DNA from: a virus
Length of the DNA: 64,000 nucleotides
IMG/VR virus record: IMGVR_UViG_3300034760_000025
Span: 9,300-73,299 of that record
Direction: 5' to 3' (one strand)
In this document: in pieces, positions 27,887-37,934 of the stretch
Numbering within the stretch: position 1 is the first letter of the stretch
Layout: the number at the start of each line of letters is the position of its first letter
Made by a program: the position numbers and the translations under genes
Notes under the pieces: model-generated
The model's input: the letters and a program-made list of their open reading frames with translations, nothing else
What the model was told of the DNA's origin: nothing
The model's database searches: none

Positions 27887-30561
27887 CCGCCCGGCACCAG
27901 GTACGGACTACGCCCGGCGCGGGCGCCGTGACGCCGGAGCAGCTCGCCGTCAAGGCGGAGCGGCTGACGACGACTGGCACGAAGACGGGGGCGTACACCG
28001 CGGCGGCGAACGAGCTGGTGCCGTGCAACCCCGCCGCCGGCGCGTTCACGGTCACCCTTCCCGACTCGACGGCAGCCGGTGTCGGCGGGACGGTGGTGGT
28101 CCGGAAGACGGACGCGACGGCTAACGCGGTTACCGTGCAGCGGGCGGGGACCGACACCATCAACGCGGTGACCACGCCGGTCACGCTGACCCTCGCCGAC
28201 GAAACCGTCGTGTTCACGTCGAACGGGGCCGGGAAATGGGCGATCTCAGCCGGGCACAAGTCCACGGCGGCGCTCGACGGCCGGTTTGCCGCACTCACCG
28301 GTTACACCTACGAGCGAGCCTTCCCGGTGTTTTTCACCAATACGGCAAGCGAGAAAGCGGACCTGTATTTCACCGGCGCAGTCAGCGCCGAGATCGAGGT
28401 AACCCTGGTCGGGCAGTTCAACGCCGCGAACGCTAACGGTGTGCTCCGGGTGATCTACAGCCTCGCCGGTTCGGCGGCCGGGGTGGTGTACGACAACACC
28501 GCTACGGTCGTCGCCGCGCAGGGCAGCCTCCCGGCCCATTTCGGCCTCGTCGGTCCGGTCTGGGACGCCACCAACTCCCGGTGGAAGATCACCATAGTTC
28601 ATCGCACCGCGTCGGCTAACTCCGTTGCTGTGCGGGTGCGCTGGCTGACCCAGAACACCACGCAGAGCGCATCTATCCGGGACTCGATCGGTGTGTCGTC
28701 GGTCTACACCACCGACACCAGCACGATCCCGGCGCCGACGCCCAGCGCCGTGCAGAAAGGCGAGCTGTTCATCGACCCGCGCGCCGCCGTCTACGGGGCT
28801 GTCGGTGACGGCGTGGCCGATGACACGGCCGCCGTGCTGGCCGCGTTCACCGCGGCGAACGCGACTACCAGGGCCGGCGTCGCCGGCACGATCCTGCACC
28901 CGGGCGCCACCGTCATCCTGCGGGGGAAGTTCAACCTGGCCAGCATCGCCAGCGCGATCCCTGTACGGTGCAATGTCCTGTCGGCCGGGGCTGAATTCAT
29001 CATTCCGGCCGCGTACGCCGGGACGGCCGTGCTCGTCGGGCACTCGACGTCGGGCAGCATCTTGCAGGCCGCCCGGATCGTGCTGCCAGACGTCATCAAG
29101 CCGACCGGGTCCGCGGTGGTGGCCAGCTCCGTCGGTGTGGTTGTGCAGAACGTGTACAGCTCCGAGATGACTTTCGGGCGGGTCGCGTACTTCGAGACCG
29201 GCATCTGGATGACCGGCCTGGGCAACGGAACGGTGTACAACCGCGTGCACCTGGGGTGGATCTCCTACTGCAAGGTGTCGATTCAGCTCAAGCCGCAAGC
29301 CGCCGGTTGGGTCAATCAGAACGCGTTCGTCGGCGGCGGCATTCAGCAATCGGTGGGCTTCCACGGCGGCACCCGTCTCGCCGGTTTCCGGCACCTGGTC
29401 ATGGACGGTAACGGCATCGCCGCGATCGACGGAAACATCTTCACCGGCGTGTCGTTTGAAGGCGACGTTTCCGCGGAGTGTTTTTACATCCACCACGCAT
29501 TTCAGAACACATTCAACGGATGTCGATTTGAGGCCGGCACGCTAGGCAAGGCCATGACCGTATCCGGGAACACCATCACCTCGACGGCGCACGGGCTGGC
29601 CGTCGGCGACATGATCATTCCCACGTCGTCAGTCGAGCCGACCGGGATGGTCAACCTGACCCCGTACTACGTGGTGTCGGTGCCCGACGCCAACACGTTT
29701 ACGATGGCCCGCAGCAAGGGCGGCACGGCCATCGTGTTCGGGTCGTCCGGCACCGCGGTCACGTTCGCCCGACCGCACCGCATCTACATCGACACCAGCG
29801 GCATCGGTACAGCGGACAATGTGATCCGCGACATGGTCAACCCGCTGTACTGGCTGGACATGGTGCACAGCACCCCGATCGCCTCGGGCAACAAGGTCGA
29901 GACGTCGTCGCTACACATCGCGAGCCGGTACGCGCCCGAGGACCTGCCGCTGTACCGGGCCCGAAATTCAGCCGGCGTGCTCGCCACGGTCCGGCCGCTG
30001 TTCGCGACGTACGCGCCGGGTGTCAACCCGCAGGAAGCCCCGGACGGTTGGGCGGTGGCCCTGTCCGACCGCGGGATCCTGTGGCGCAACGGGCAGCTCA
30101 TCGGCGCGGGTACCGGTTCACCGGAGGGGGTCGTCACCGCACCGCCCGGGTCGGAGTACCTCAACGCCAGCGGCGGCACCGGTAGCACCAAATGGCTCAA
30201 GGAGTCCGGGACCGGCAACACCGGATGGGCCCCGGTGCCGGGCCTCGCCCCCCGGACGACGTCGGTGACAACGTCAGCGGCACCGACACCCTCGGCGGCG
30301 ACCGACGACGTGTACCTGCTGACCGCGTTGGCGCAGTCGGCGACGTTCGGCGCACCGACCGGGTCGCCCGGGTCCGGACAGCGGCTACTCATCCGGATCA
30401 AGGACAACGGCACCGCCCGCACGTTGGCGTGGAATGCGATCTGGCGGCCGATCGGTGTGCTGCTGCCCACGACCACGGTGGCTACCAAACTGCTGTACGT
30501 CGGGGCGGTCTACAACGCCGCCGACACGAAGTGGGACGTCATCGCCGTGACGCAGGAATAG
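27883..30561 (+). CDS. Multidomain spike/fibre protein with a pectate-lyase-3-like beta-helix
   Basis: YGAVGDGVADDTAA; TAHGLAVGD...YYVVSV module; GSPEGVVTAPPGSEY...GTGNTGW; C-terminal KWDVIAV. Confidence 0.8.
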   Translation: MTARHQVRTTPGAGAVTPEQLAVKAERLTTTGTKTGAYTAAANELVPCNPAAGAFTVTLPDSTAAGVGGTVVVRKTDATANAVTVQRAGTDTINAVTTPVTLTLADETVVFTSNGAGKWAISAGHKSTAALDGRFAALTGYTYERAFPVFFTNTASEKADLYFTGAVSAEIEVTLVGQFNAANANGVLRVIYSLAGSAAGVVYDNTATVVAAQGSLPAHFGLVGPVWDATNSRWKITIVHRTASANSVAVRVRWLTQNTTQSASIRDSIGVSSVYTTDTSTIPAPTPSAVQKGELFIDPRAAVYGAVGDGVADDTAAVLAAFTAANATTRAGVAGTILHPGATVILRGKFNLASIASAIPVRCNVLSAGAEFIIPAAYAGTAVLVGHSTSGSILQAARIVLPDVIKPTGSAVVASSVGVVVQNVYSSEMTFGRVAYFETGIWMTGLGNGTVYNRVHLGWISYCKVSIQLKPQAAGWVNQNAFVGGGIQQSVGFHGGTRLAGFRHLVMDGNGIAAIDGNIFTGVSFEGDVSAECFYIHHAFQNTFNGCRFEAGTLGKAMTVSGNTITSTAHGLAVGDMIIPTSSVEPTGMVNLTPYYVVSVPDANTFTMARSKGGTAIVFGSSGTAVTFARPHRIYIDTSGIGTADNVIRDMVNPLYWLDMVHSTPIASGNKVETSSLHIASRYAPEDLPLYRARNSAGVLATVRPLFATYAPGVNPQEAPDGWAVALSDRGILWRNGQLIGAGTGSPEGVVTAPPGSEYLNASGGTGSTKWLKESGTGNTGWAPVPGLAPRTTSVTTSAAPTPSAATDDVYLLTALAQSATFGAPTGSPGSGQRLLIRIKDNGTARTLAWNAIWRPIGVLLPTTTVATKLLYVGAVYNAADTKWDVIAVTQE

Positions 30562-30571
30562 GAGGCCACCC

Positions 30572-32095
30572 GTGTCAACGATCACCGCGGCCCCCGGCGG
30601 CGGCAACTGGTCGGCCGGCGCCACCTGGGTTGGTGGCGTCGCGCCGACCGCAGCCGATGACGTCGTCCTCGACGCCACGGCGAACGGCGCCACCAACGTC
30701 GTCATCGACGCCGGCGCTGTCGCCCGGTCCCTCGACTGCACCGGGTACCCGGGCATCCTTACCCACACCGCCGGCGTAGCTCTGACCCTGGGCGATGCCA
30801 CCGCGGGCGCCGGCTCGGTGGCGCTCAAGATGGTCGCCGGGATGACGTACACCCTGGGCAGCGCGACCACCTCAACGGTGGCGTTCGTGTCGACGTCGGC
30901 GACGCAGCAGAGCATCACCACCGGCGGTAAAACCCTCGGCAACTGGACGATCAACGCCCCCGGGGGCAGCTACATCCTGGGCGACGCGAACACCGTCGGT
31001 ACCACCTCAACGGTCACCGTCACCGCGGGCACCTTCAACACGGGCACCTTCGGCTGTTCGTGGGGAAACTTCGCGTCGAGTAACACGAACACCCGGTCGT
31101 TGATCTTCGGCACGGCGGCTATCACGCTGACCGGCGGGGGCGGCACGTTCGACGTTCTGACCACGACCGGGCTGACGCTGAGCGCCCTGTCGTCAACGAT
31201 CAACATGCCGGCAAACGGCTACTTCAAGGCGCTCGGCTCGTACGGCACGGTGACGTGGCTGGCGCTCGGGCCGAACGGCCAGTCACAGCCCTTCACCTGT
31301 GTCAACCTGACCATCGTCGGTGGGTCCGCAAAGACCGGCGACTTCAACACCGCCGGGAACATCACGATCACCGGCACGCTGACCCTGGCCGGGAACTCGG
31401 CAGTCAACCGGATCAAGGTGCACTCGTCGTTGCCCGGCAACCCCCGGTCGCTCATCGCGGCGAACGTGGCGGTCAGCAGCACCGACTTCCTCGACATCGC
31501 CGGCGCCGGCGCCGGCAACTGGGACCTGTCGGCGGCCACCGGCGGGGTCGGCAACTGCGGCGGGAACACCGGCATCATCTTCACCCCGGCGGCAACCCAG
31601 ACGCACGTGGCCGGGGCGGGCGGCAACTGGTCAGACGCCGCCCAGTGGACCAGCCGGGTGCCGCTGCCCCAGGACGACGTCGTGGTCGACGTCAACACCA
31701 CGGGCACCCTGGTCGCGGACATGCCCCGTTTGGGCCGCAGCATCGACTTCACGGGGTTCGCCGGCACCGCGGCGTTCACCTCACAGATCACTCAAATGTT
31801 CGGGTCGCTGATCCTCGACGCCGCTATGACGATCACCGGGACGTTCGCGTTGAGCTTGTCCGGCCGCGGTAGCCACACGGTCACGTCGAACGGCAAGACC
31901 CTCACGCAACCGCTGACAGTCAACGCGCCGGCTATGGGCACCTACACGCTGCGCGACGCCCTCACCACCGCGGGCGCGCTCACGCTGACGCTGGGGACGC
32001 TGGCCACCGCTGGCCACCCGGTGGGTTACCTGTCTCTCGTGGTCACGGGCGGCGTTCTGCGGGCCGGCGCCGGCCCGTTCGCCGCGTTCTTCTGA
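30572..32095 (+). CDS. Gly/Thr-rich beta-solenoid virion protein
   Basis: Two GGNWS...W...P...DDVV motifs; GGAGG RBS before GTG. Confidence 0.75.
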   Translation: MSTITAAPGGGNWSAGATWVGGVAPTAADDVVLDATANGATNVVIDAGAVARSLDCTGYPGILTHTAGVALTLGDATAGAGSVALKMVAGMTYTLGSATTSTVAFVSTSATQQSITTGGKTLGNWTINAPGGSYILGDANTVGTTSTVTVTAGTFNTGTFGCSWGNFASSNTNTRSLIFGTAAITLTGGGGTFDVLTTTGLTLSALSSTINMPANGYFKALGSYGTVTWLALGPNGQSQPFTCVNLTIVGGSAKTGDFNTAGNITITGTLTLAGNSAVNRIKVHSSLPGNPRSLIAANVAVSSTDFLDIAGAGAGNWDLSAATGGVGNCGGNTGIIFTPAATQTHVAGAGGNWSDAAQWTSRVPLPQDDVVVDVNTTGTLVADMPRLGRSIDFTGFAGTAAFTSQITQMFGSLILDAAMTITGTFALSLSGRGSHTVTSNGKTLTQPLTVNAPAMGTYTLRDALTTAGALTLTLGTLATAGHPVGYLSLVVTGGVLRAGAGPFAAFF

Positions 32096-32100
32096 CCCAC

Positions 32101-32175
32101 CCCCACCCGCGGCGCCCGGCGCCGGAAAGGCGGCACCTCATGCCCCCACGTACCCGCGCCGCGTACGTCGGCGAC
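32101..32175 (+). repeat. Shared leader/start element, copy C
   Basis: 66 bp identical to 34818-34883, then 1 mismatch and 8 further matches. Confidence 0.95.
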
Positions 32176-33954
32176 TACAGCCGGATTCCCGTCAGTCAGG
32201 ACCAGGTGACCGGGCTGCCGACGTCGCTCGGCAGCAAGGTCGATCGGGACAGCATCGTCGTGAACGTGGCAGACCACGGCGTCGACGCCACCGGCGCCAC
32301 CGACTGCACCACCGCGCTACGCACGATCCTGCAGAGCGGCGCGAAGCGGATCCTGATGCGCGGGACGTTCCTGGTGAACATTCCCAATGGTGGGAGCCTG
32401 GCGTCGTTCACCGGGGTCACGGGCCTGCACATCGACGCGAGTAGCGCAACGATCAACAACCCGGTCGACTACGGCAGCCAAGCCTTCACGTCGGTTTTCC
32501 TGCTGAATGGCTGCACCAACACCCGTATCGAGATCGGCCAGTTCACCGGGTTCCACCTGGCTGATCTCTACACGAACCTCGGCCGGCAGGGCGTCATCGT
32601 GGTCCGGGCGATCAACGGATGCGCCGGGGTCACCGTCAAGGCCAACATCACCAACGCGCGGTATGGGGTGCAGTCCGGGGAGTACGCCGACCCGACCAAA
32701 GGCGGGTGCACCGACTTCGATTTGGACATCCGCGGCTCGTATATGGGATACCCGATTGCCCTGTACCGCGCTGAGGGCCTGCGAGGGCGGGTGCGGGTGG
32801 ACAACTTCGACCGGGCGGTCTACATCGCCGGGGTCAGCAACGTCGACCTCGACGTGCAGTTCAAGAATCCGATCAGCGGCGGCGACACCGTCTGCCTGAT
32901 CACCGACGCCATGACCGGGGTGGGCACGTCGAAGGGGTGCTCCAACGTCGACATCCGGGCCACGGACATGGGATCCACCACCATGCCGGTGTCGTGCATG
33001 GTCGCCGGAATCATGCTGAGCCGCGTCGACCCGGGCACCGAATTCGAGAACGTTCGGGTCCATGTGTCGGTCCGATCGTCGGACACCGTCGCGTACCAGA
33101 TCGGCGCTTTCCGGGTCCACTCCGGTGCGAACCAGGTTCAGCCGTCGTACCCGTTCAACTGGGAACAGACGATTGTGCTGCGCAATATCACCGTGTCCGG
33201 GATCATCGACCGGTCCGGGCAGTCGATGGCGTCCGAGTCGGTCGGCCCGCTGTACGTCAACACGTGGGACACCGGTACGCACTACGCCACGGTGACAGGG
33301 CTGTCGATCGAGGACCTGACGATCATTCCCGCTGCCACCGGCGGCGTGAATGCCCGGATCACCTGCCCGGGGTTGCAGGACAAGATTTCGTTCCGCAACT
33401 TCACAGCGCCTAGGGTGCCCATCGTCATCAACACGGGCCTCGACGCCACTGTCGAATTCATCGGATCCGCGATGGGCCCCATGTCCACCGACGGGTCGGC
33501 AGTGGTTTCCCTGATCGGCAGCACTGTTGCGTCGGTCGACACGAACATCGCCGCGAACCTGCGGCACGTCAACTCCACGGTCGCCGGCGGCGGCGCCCTG
33601 ATCCGCACCAAGCAGATCGAGCTGACCCTGACCGGCACGTCCGTCACGTGGGCCGCGGCCATCCCGGCCGGTGCGATCGTGCTGGGCGTCACCGGCCGGA
33701 TCACCCAGGCCATCACCGGGGCCACCGGCTACAAGGCAGGGGTGTCCGGCGACGACGACCGGTTCGTTGGCCGTCCGGATACCACTCTCGGGGCGACGTT
33801 CGACCCGGCGAACATGGCTGTGGAGGAGACATTTCTCCGGTACTACCTGGTCAGCACCGCGATCCTCGTCGGCGGCCTGGCGGGCACCACGTTCACCGGC
33901 GGGAAGATCCGGCTCACGCTGCACTACATCCTGCTGTCCGCCGCGACAAGCTGA
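32140..33954 (+). CDS. Beta-helix spike/depolymerase-like protein, paralogue 1
   Basis: MPPRTRAAYVGD; HGVDATGATDCTTA; C-terminal IPAGAIVLGV..RITQAITGATGY (DUF2793-like, from memory). Confidence 0.8.
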   Translation: MPPRTRAAYVGDYSRIPVSQDQVTGLPTSLGSKVDRDSIVVNVADHGVDATGATDCTTALRTILQSGAKRILMRGTFLVNIPNGGSLASFTGVTGLHIDASSATINNPVDYGSQAFTSVFLLNGCTNTRIEIGQFTGFHLADLYTNLGRQGVIVVRAINGCAGVTVKANITNARYGVQSGEYADPTKGGCTDFDLDIRGSYMGYPIALYRAEGLRGRVRVDNFDRAVYIAGVSNVDLDVQFKNPISGGDTVCLITDAMTGVGTSKGCSNVDIRATDMGSTTMPVSCMVAGIMLSRVDPGTEFENVRVHVSVRSSDTVAYQIGAFRVHSGANQVQPSYPFNWEQTIVLRNITVSGIIDRSGQSMASESVGPLYVNTWDTGTHYATVTGLSIEDLTIIPAATGGVNARITCPGLQDKISFRNFTAPRVPIVINTGLDATVEFIGSAMGPMSTDGSAVVSLIGSTVASVDTNIAANLRHVNSTVAGGGALIRTKQIELTLTGTSVTWAAAIPAGAIVLGVTGRITQAITGATGYKAGVSGDDDRFVGRPDTTLGATFDPANMAVEETFLRYYLVSTAILVGGLAGTTFTGGKIRLTLHYILLSAATS

Positions 33955-33993
33955 GCCGCCCGTCCCACGTCCTCACAGGAAAGGGGCCCCCTG

Positions 33994-34350
33994 GTGGCCG
34001 CCACCGCAGAGCAAATCAGCACCATGCGGCTTCTCGCCGCGGACACCTACGCACCTGGGTACCTACTCACCGACGGGCAGTACGGGGAGCTGTTCGACCT
34101 GGAGGGCGGCAACGTCAAGCTCGGTGCGGCGGCCGCTCTGGAGACCATCGCGACGTCCGAGGTGCTGGTAGCGAAGAAGATCACCACCCAGGACCTGAGC
34201 GTCGACGGGCCGGCGGTCGCGGAGGCGTTGCGCAAGTCGGCGGCGTTGCTCCGCTCCCAGGTCGCCGGGGTCGACGAGGCAGCCGCCGCGGAAGCGGACG
34301 GGTTCGGGTTCGACTACGTCGATTTCCCCGTCTACGGCGGGTGGGGGTGA
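33994..34350 (+). CDS. Head-to-tail adaptor
   Basis: MRLLAADT...LLTD...AAAALETIATSEVLVAKKITTQDLSVDGPAVA. Confidence 0.75.
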   Translation: MAATAEQISTMRLLAADTYAPGYLLTDGQYGELFDLEGGNVKLGAAAALETIATSEVLVAKKITTQDLSVDGPAVAEALRKSAALLRSQVAGVDEAAAAEADGFGFDYVDFPVYGGWG

Positions 34351-34354
34351 CCTG

Positions 34355-34792
34355 GTGCCGTTGCCGAACACGCGGGTGATCCACCCCCGTTTCCTGCAGC
34401 ACCATGCAGCGTCGGTCGCGGGTGGGATGACAGCGCGGGTGCGGCTACGCCGGCCCGACACGGTCGAGGTCCGGGACGTTGAGACGGGCCGGACCGGGTT
34501 CGAGTCGGTCGCCGCGTACTACGACGGGCCGGCGCGGGTCCAGGCCGGCGGCGGCGGGCCACCGCAGCAGACCGGATCCGACCAGCGGATCGCGACCGGC
34601 AGCTACCTGGTCGCGGTGCCGATCGGGGCCGGGGTGCCGGAGCACGACGACCTGGTCGACGTCTACGAGTGCCCCGATGACCCGGTCGCGGTCGGGCTGA
34701 CCCTGCACGTCGTCGACATCCCCACGGCCAGCATCGTCCTACAGCGCAACCTCCGCTGTGAGGTACACACTCCAGCGCCTGCCACCTCCTGA
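34355..34792 (+). CDS. Head-to-tail stopper (DUF6093-like)
   Basis: YYDGPARVQ, YLVAVP, DDLVDV..CPDDP..VG..L.V. Confidence 0.75.
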   Translation: MPLPNTRVIHPRFLQHHAASVAGGMTARVRLRRPDTVEVRDVETGRTGFESVAAYYDGPARVQAGGGGPPQQTGSDQRIATGSYLVAVPIGAGVPEHDDLVDVYECPDDPVAVGLTLHVVDIPTASIVLQRNLRCEVHTPAPATS

Positions 34793-34817
34793 CCAACCTC
34801 CGGGCGCACGCCCAATC

Positions 34818-34892
34818 CCCCACCCGCGGCGCCCGGCGCCGGAAAGGCGGCACCTCATGCCCCCACGTACCCGCGCCGCGTACCTCGGCGAC
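34818..34892 (+). repeat. Shared leader/start element, copy D
   Basis: 74/75 identical to 32101-32175. Confidence 0.95.
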
Positions 34893-36647
34893 CTGAACCC
34901 GTTCCGTAACAGTGCCGACGGGAGCGTCAATGTCACGAATGCTCCGTACAACGCCGACCCGACCGGGGCGGTCGACGCCACTGCGGCGTTCCGGGCCGCG
35001 GCGGCGTCGGGGGCGTCGCGCATCGTCGTTCCGGCCGGCAACTACCTGGTGTCGAGCGTCGCCAGCGGCACGCCGCTGCTGAATTTCGTGAACCGGGACG
35101 GAGTCACGATCGACGCCGGCGAGGCGACGATCACCAACCCGACGTCGTACACCCTGGACACGATCACGCCAATGTTCCTGTTCGACAACTGCCGCAACGT
35201 GCGCGTGACCCTGGGCGCCTACGTCGGGTACACCCTGCCGACGCCGGAGACGCACCACGGCTACCGCGGTGGCACCCTGGTCAGGCTGATCAACGGGTGC
35301 GACACCGTCAAGGTCGAGGCGAAGATCACGAACGCCCGGTACGGCATCCAGGCCGGCGAATACGCCGACCAGACGAAGGGCTACAACCGCAACATCGACG
35401 TCAAGCTCCGCTGTTTCTTCGTCGGCTACCCGGTGGCGCTGTACCTGGCCGACAATGTGCGGTACGACGTCGACGCGGACAGCGTCCACCGCGCCGTGTA
35501 CCTCGCCGGGTGCCAGGACGTCCGCGGCGTTGCCCGGTGGAAAGACCAGTACATCGCCGATATCGCGACTCTGATCACCGACGCGAAGACGGGCACCGGG
35601 ACGTCGAGGGGGTGTTCCAACCTTGACGTCACGTCGATCGACAAGGGCTCGACGGTCACGACCGCGTCGACGACGTGCTCCGGCATCGCGCTGTCCCGGG
35701 TCGACCCGGGCATCGTGTACGAGAACATCAAGATCAAGGTGCACGCTAAGAGTACCGACGCGGTGTCGCCCCGCACCGGCGGATTCACCATGGTATCGGG
35801 CGCGAAGGCGCTCACCACCCCGGTCGCTGACTACAACTGGGAACCGTCGATCACCATCCGCAACGTGAGTGTGTCGGGGGTCCTCGACCACTCAGAACAG
35901 ACCACCGAAGGCAACACCGCCGGCGACGTGTTCGTACGCGCCTACGACACCCTCGTGGCGCATTCCGCCACCATCGAGAACCTGTCCTTCGAGGACCTCA
36001 TCATCCGGCAGTCGTCGGGGAACACCCGCGCGCTGTGGCTCGAGGCCCCCGGCATCGTCAACAGCGGGGTGCAGTTCCGCAACGTGCAGGCCCCGAACGC
36101 GAAGCTTGTCCTGCTGACGAACGCGACCGTCCCGACGACCTTCGAGGGCTGCAAGCTCAAGGAACTCAACGTCGTGGGGGTGACCGCCGGCAGCCGTGTC
36201 GTGCTGCTCCGGTCGAGCATTGACGCGCTCACGGGCACGACCGGCGACAACATGAACACCGACACCGTCGGGAGTTCTATCGGCGGGGCCGGCGCGTTCA
36301 TCCGGCAGAAGCAAATCACCCTCGACCTGGTCGGCGCCTCGACGACCTGGTCGGCGGCCATCCCCACCGGCGCCCTGGTCCTCGGTGTGCAGGGCATCGT
36401 CAAAGAGGCGGTCACCGGCGCGTCGGGCTACCAGGTCGGCCCGTCCGCCGAGCTGACCCGCTACGTCAACACGAACACGGTCACGCTCAATAGCACGTTC
36501 GGGCCGACCAACCAGTCAGCCACCGAGACGCCCCGGTACTACCTCGCCACCACCGACCTGGTCGTAACCGCGAAAACGGCGCCGTTCACCGATGGGCAAC
36601 TGCGGCTGATCGTGACGTACCTAGTTTTCCCCGCTCCCACGTCCTGA
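34857..36647 (+). CDS. Beta-helix spike/depolymerase-like protein, paralogue 2
   Basis: MPPRTRAAYLGD; ADPTGAVDATAAF...VPAGNY; colinear with 32140-33954 (ITNARYG.Q.GEYAD.TKG, GCSN, LSRVDPG, NWE). Confidence 0.82.
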   Translation: MPPRTRAAYLGDLNPFRNSADGSVNVTNAPYNADPTGAVDATAAFRAAAASGASRIVVPAGNYLVSSVASGTPLLNFVNRDGVTIDAGEATITNPTSYTLDTITPMFLFDNCRNVRVTLGAYVGYTLPTPETHHGYRGGTLVRLINGCDTVKVEAKITNARYGIQAGEYADQTKGYNRNIDVKLRCFFVGYPVALYLADNVRYDVDADSVHRAVYLAGCQDVRGVARWKDQYIADIATLITDAKTGTGTSRGCSNLDVTSIDKGSTVTTASTTCSGIALSRVDPGIVYENIKIKVHAKSTDAVSPRTGGFTMVSGAKALTTPVADYNWEPSITIRNVSVSGVLDHSEQTTEGNTAGDVFVRAYDTLVAHSATIENLSFEDLIIRQSSGNTRALWLEAPGIVNSGVQFRNVQAPNAKLVLLTNATVPTTFEGCKLKELNVVGVTAGSRVVLLRSSIDALTGTTGDNMNTDTVGSSIGGAGAFIRQKQITLDLVGASTTWSAAIPTGALVLGVQGIVKEAVTGASGYQVGPSAELTRYVNTNTVTLNSTFGPTNQSATETPRYYLATTDLVVTAKTAPFTDGQLRLIVTYLVFPAPTS

Positions 36648-36719
36648 CCTTCGCCACCTCGACCAACACGGCCGGCGCCGACGCGCGCCGGCCGTTCCGC
36701 GTACCTGGGGGTGATCAGC

Positions 36720-37103
36720 GTGGTGACTGTGTGGTTCGACGGCGTTGACGAGATGAACACGGTGCGCCGGGAGATGCGGGCCGCTACGGGCCGGGTCGGC
36801 GCCCTTGGTGCGGCGGTCGTCCGGAAGAGCGGCCTGCAGGTCGAGGCGACCGCGAAGCTGTTCTCCCCGGTCGACACCGGCCACCTCAAAGCGACCATCG
36901 GCGCCCGGTTCGAGGGCGACGGCCGGCACGGGGAGATGGAAGCGGTCATCTCGGCGACCGCTGAATACGCGCGGTATCAGGAATTTGGCACCAGCAGGCA
37001 GGCCCCTCAGGCATTCATGGGCCCGGCGCTCGACCGGGTCGCCCCGGGGTTCGTGGCGGCCTGCGAAGCGCTGGGCGGCATTATCGGCGGCGGTTCGGGC
37101 TGA
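36720..37103 (+). CDS. HK97 gp10-like neck protein
   Basis: AKLFSPVDTGHLK...AEYARYQEFGT...PQAFMGPA. Confidence 0.85.
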   Translation: MVTVWFDGVDEMNTVRREMRAATGRVGALGAAVVRKSGLQVEATAKLFSPVDTGHLKATIGARFEGDGRHGEMEAVISATAEYARYQEFGTSRQAPQAFMGPALDRVAPGFVAACEALGGIIGGGSG

Positions 37104-37109
37104 CGCGAA

Positions 37110-37934
37110 CTACAACAGGGCGGTGGCCAGCCGCCGATGCCACGTCGGCCGGTTGAAGGCCCACGCGGGCAACTCGACCAGGGGCAGGCCGTACTCCTCG
37201 TAGAGGCGGGTCTTGCGCTGGCGGCGTGCGGTGTAGGTCGACGAGTTGAGCACGCCCCACACCTCGATGTAGGTGCCTCCGACGAGGAAGTCAGCGCGGT
37301 ACCGGCGGTCGAAGGGCAGCGGAGGCTCGACCTCGTGAGCGAGGCTCTGGGAGGTCAGCCAGTCGTCGACGCGGCGCTCGTAGTCTGACCTGGCTTGGTG
37401 GCCGTCGGTGCATGTCCACCGGCGGCCGCCCGCCCAGCCGCCGGGCCGCACCTCGATGCCGTGTTCGCGGCACAGCTCGCCGATTAGCGAAGCGCTCACG
37501 CCGTGTCGTTTGGCGATCCGCGTCAACGACGCGCCGCCGTCGTACGCGGCTTGGAGCTGTTCGGGTGTCGGTAGGACGACTTCGCGGCCGCGGCGGCGGG
37601 TGCCCCAAACGGTGGGCGCGGTGATGTCGTGCCGGTTCAACCAGGCCGGTACGGCGGTGTGGTCGACGCCGTACCGGCCGGCGATCGCCCGGTAACTGAG
37701 GTGTTCGTCGTGCACCATCCGCTGCAGGTCGGCCCTGGTCGGTGGGTCGATGCCGCGGTTCGCCAGCCCGCGGTCGGCGCTGCGCCGTGGGATCCCGTGC
37801 GCGGCAAGCCATCTGCGGATGGTGATGTGCCGCACGCCAAAGCGGCGGCCGATATCCCTGGTGGTCATGCGCTGGTCGATGTAGAGAGCGCGCAAAGCGG
37901 CTGCGTCCGGCCTGTTGGGTGTCACTGGTGCCAT
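37110..37934 (-). CDS. Free-standing triple-HTH plus PD-(D/E)xK-type endonuclease
   Basis: Three HTH repeats, then RSDYERRVDDWL...EP...ADFLV...IEVWG...RK..Y; TAGGAT -10-like box 7 nt before the ATG. Confidence 0.72.
   Translation of the reverse strand: MAPVTPNRPDAAALRALYIDQRMTTRDIGRRFGVRHITIRRWLAAHGIPRRSADRGLANRGIDPPTRADLQRMVHDEHLSYRAIAGRYGVDHTAVPAWLNRHDITAPTVWGTRRRGREVVLPTPEQLQAAYDGGASLTRIAKRHGVSASLIGELCREHGIEVRPGGWAGGRRWTCTDGHQARSDYERRVDDWLTSQSLAHEVEPPLPFDRRYRADFLVGGTYIEVWGVLNSSTYTARRQRKTRLYEEYGLPLVELPAWAFNRPTWHRRLATALL

Noticed and set aside
25675-34892. CRISPR array or DGR template/variable repeats as an explanation for the dispersed repeats
   Set aside because: Repeats are kilobases apart, no reverse transcriptase or cas genes are present, and differences are not adenine-specific
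32140-36647. Assembly duplication as the cause of the two similar spike genes
   Set aside because: Identity is exact only over the ~75-bp start; the coding bodies are clearly diverged at both DNA and protein level
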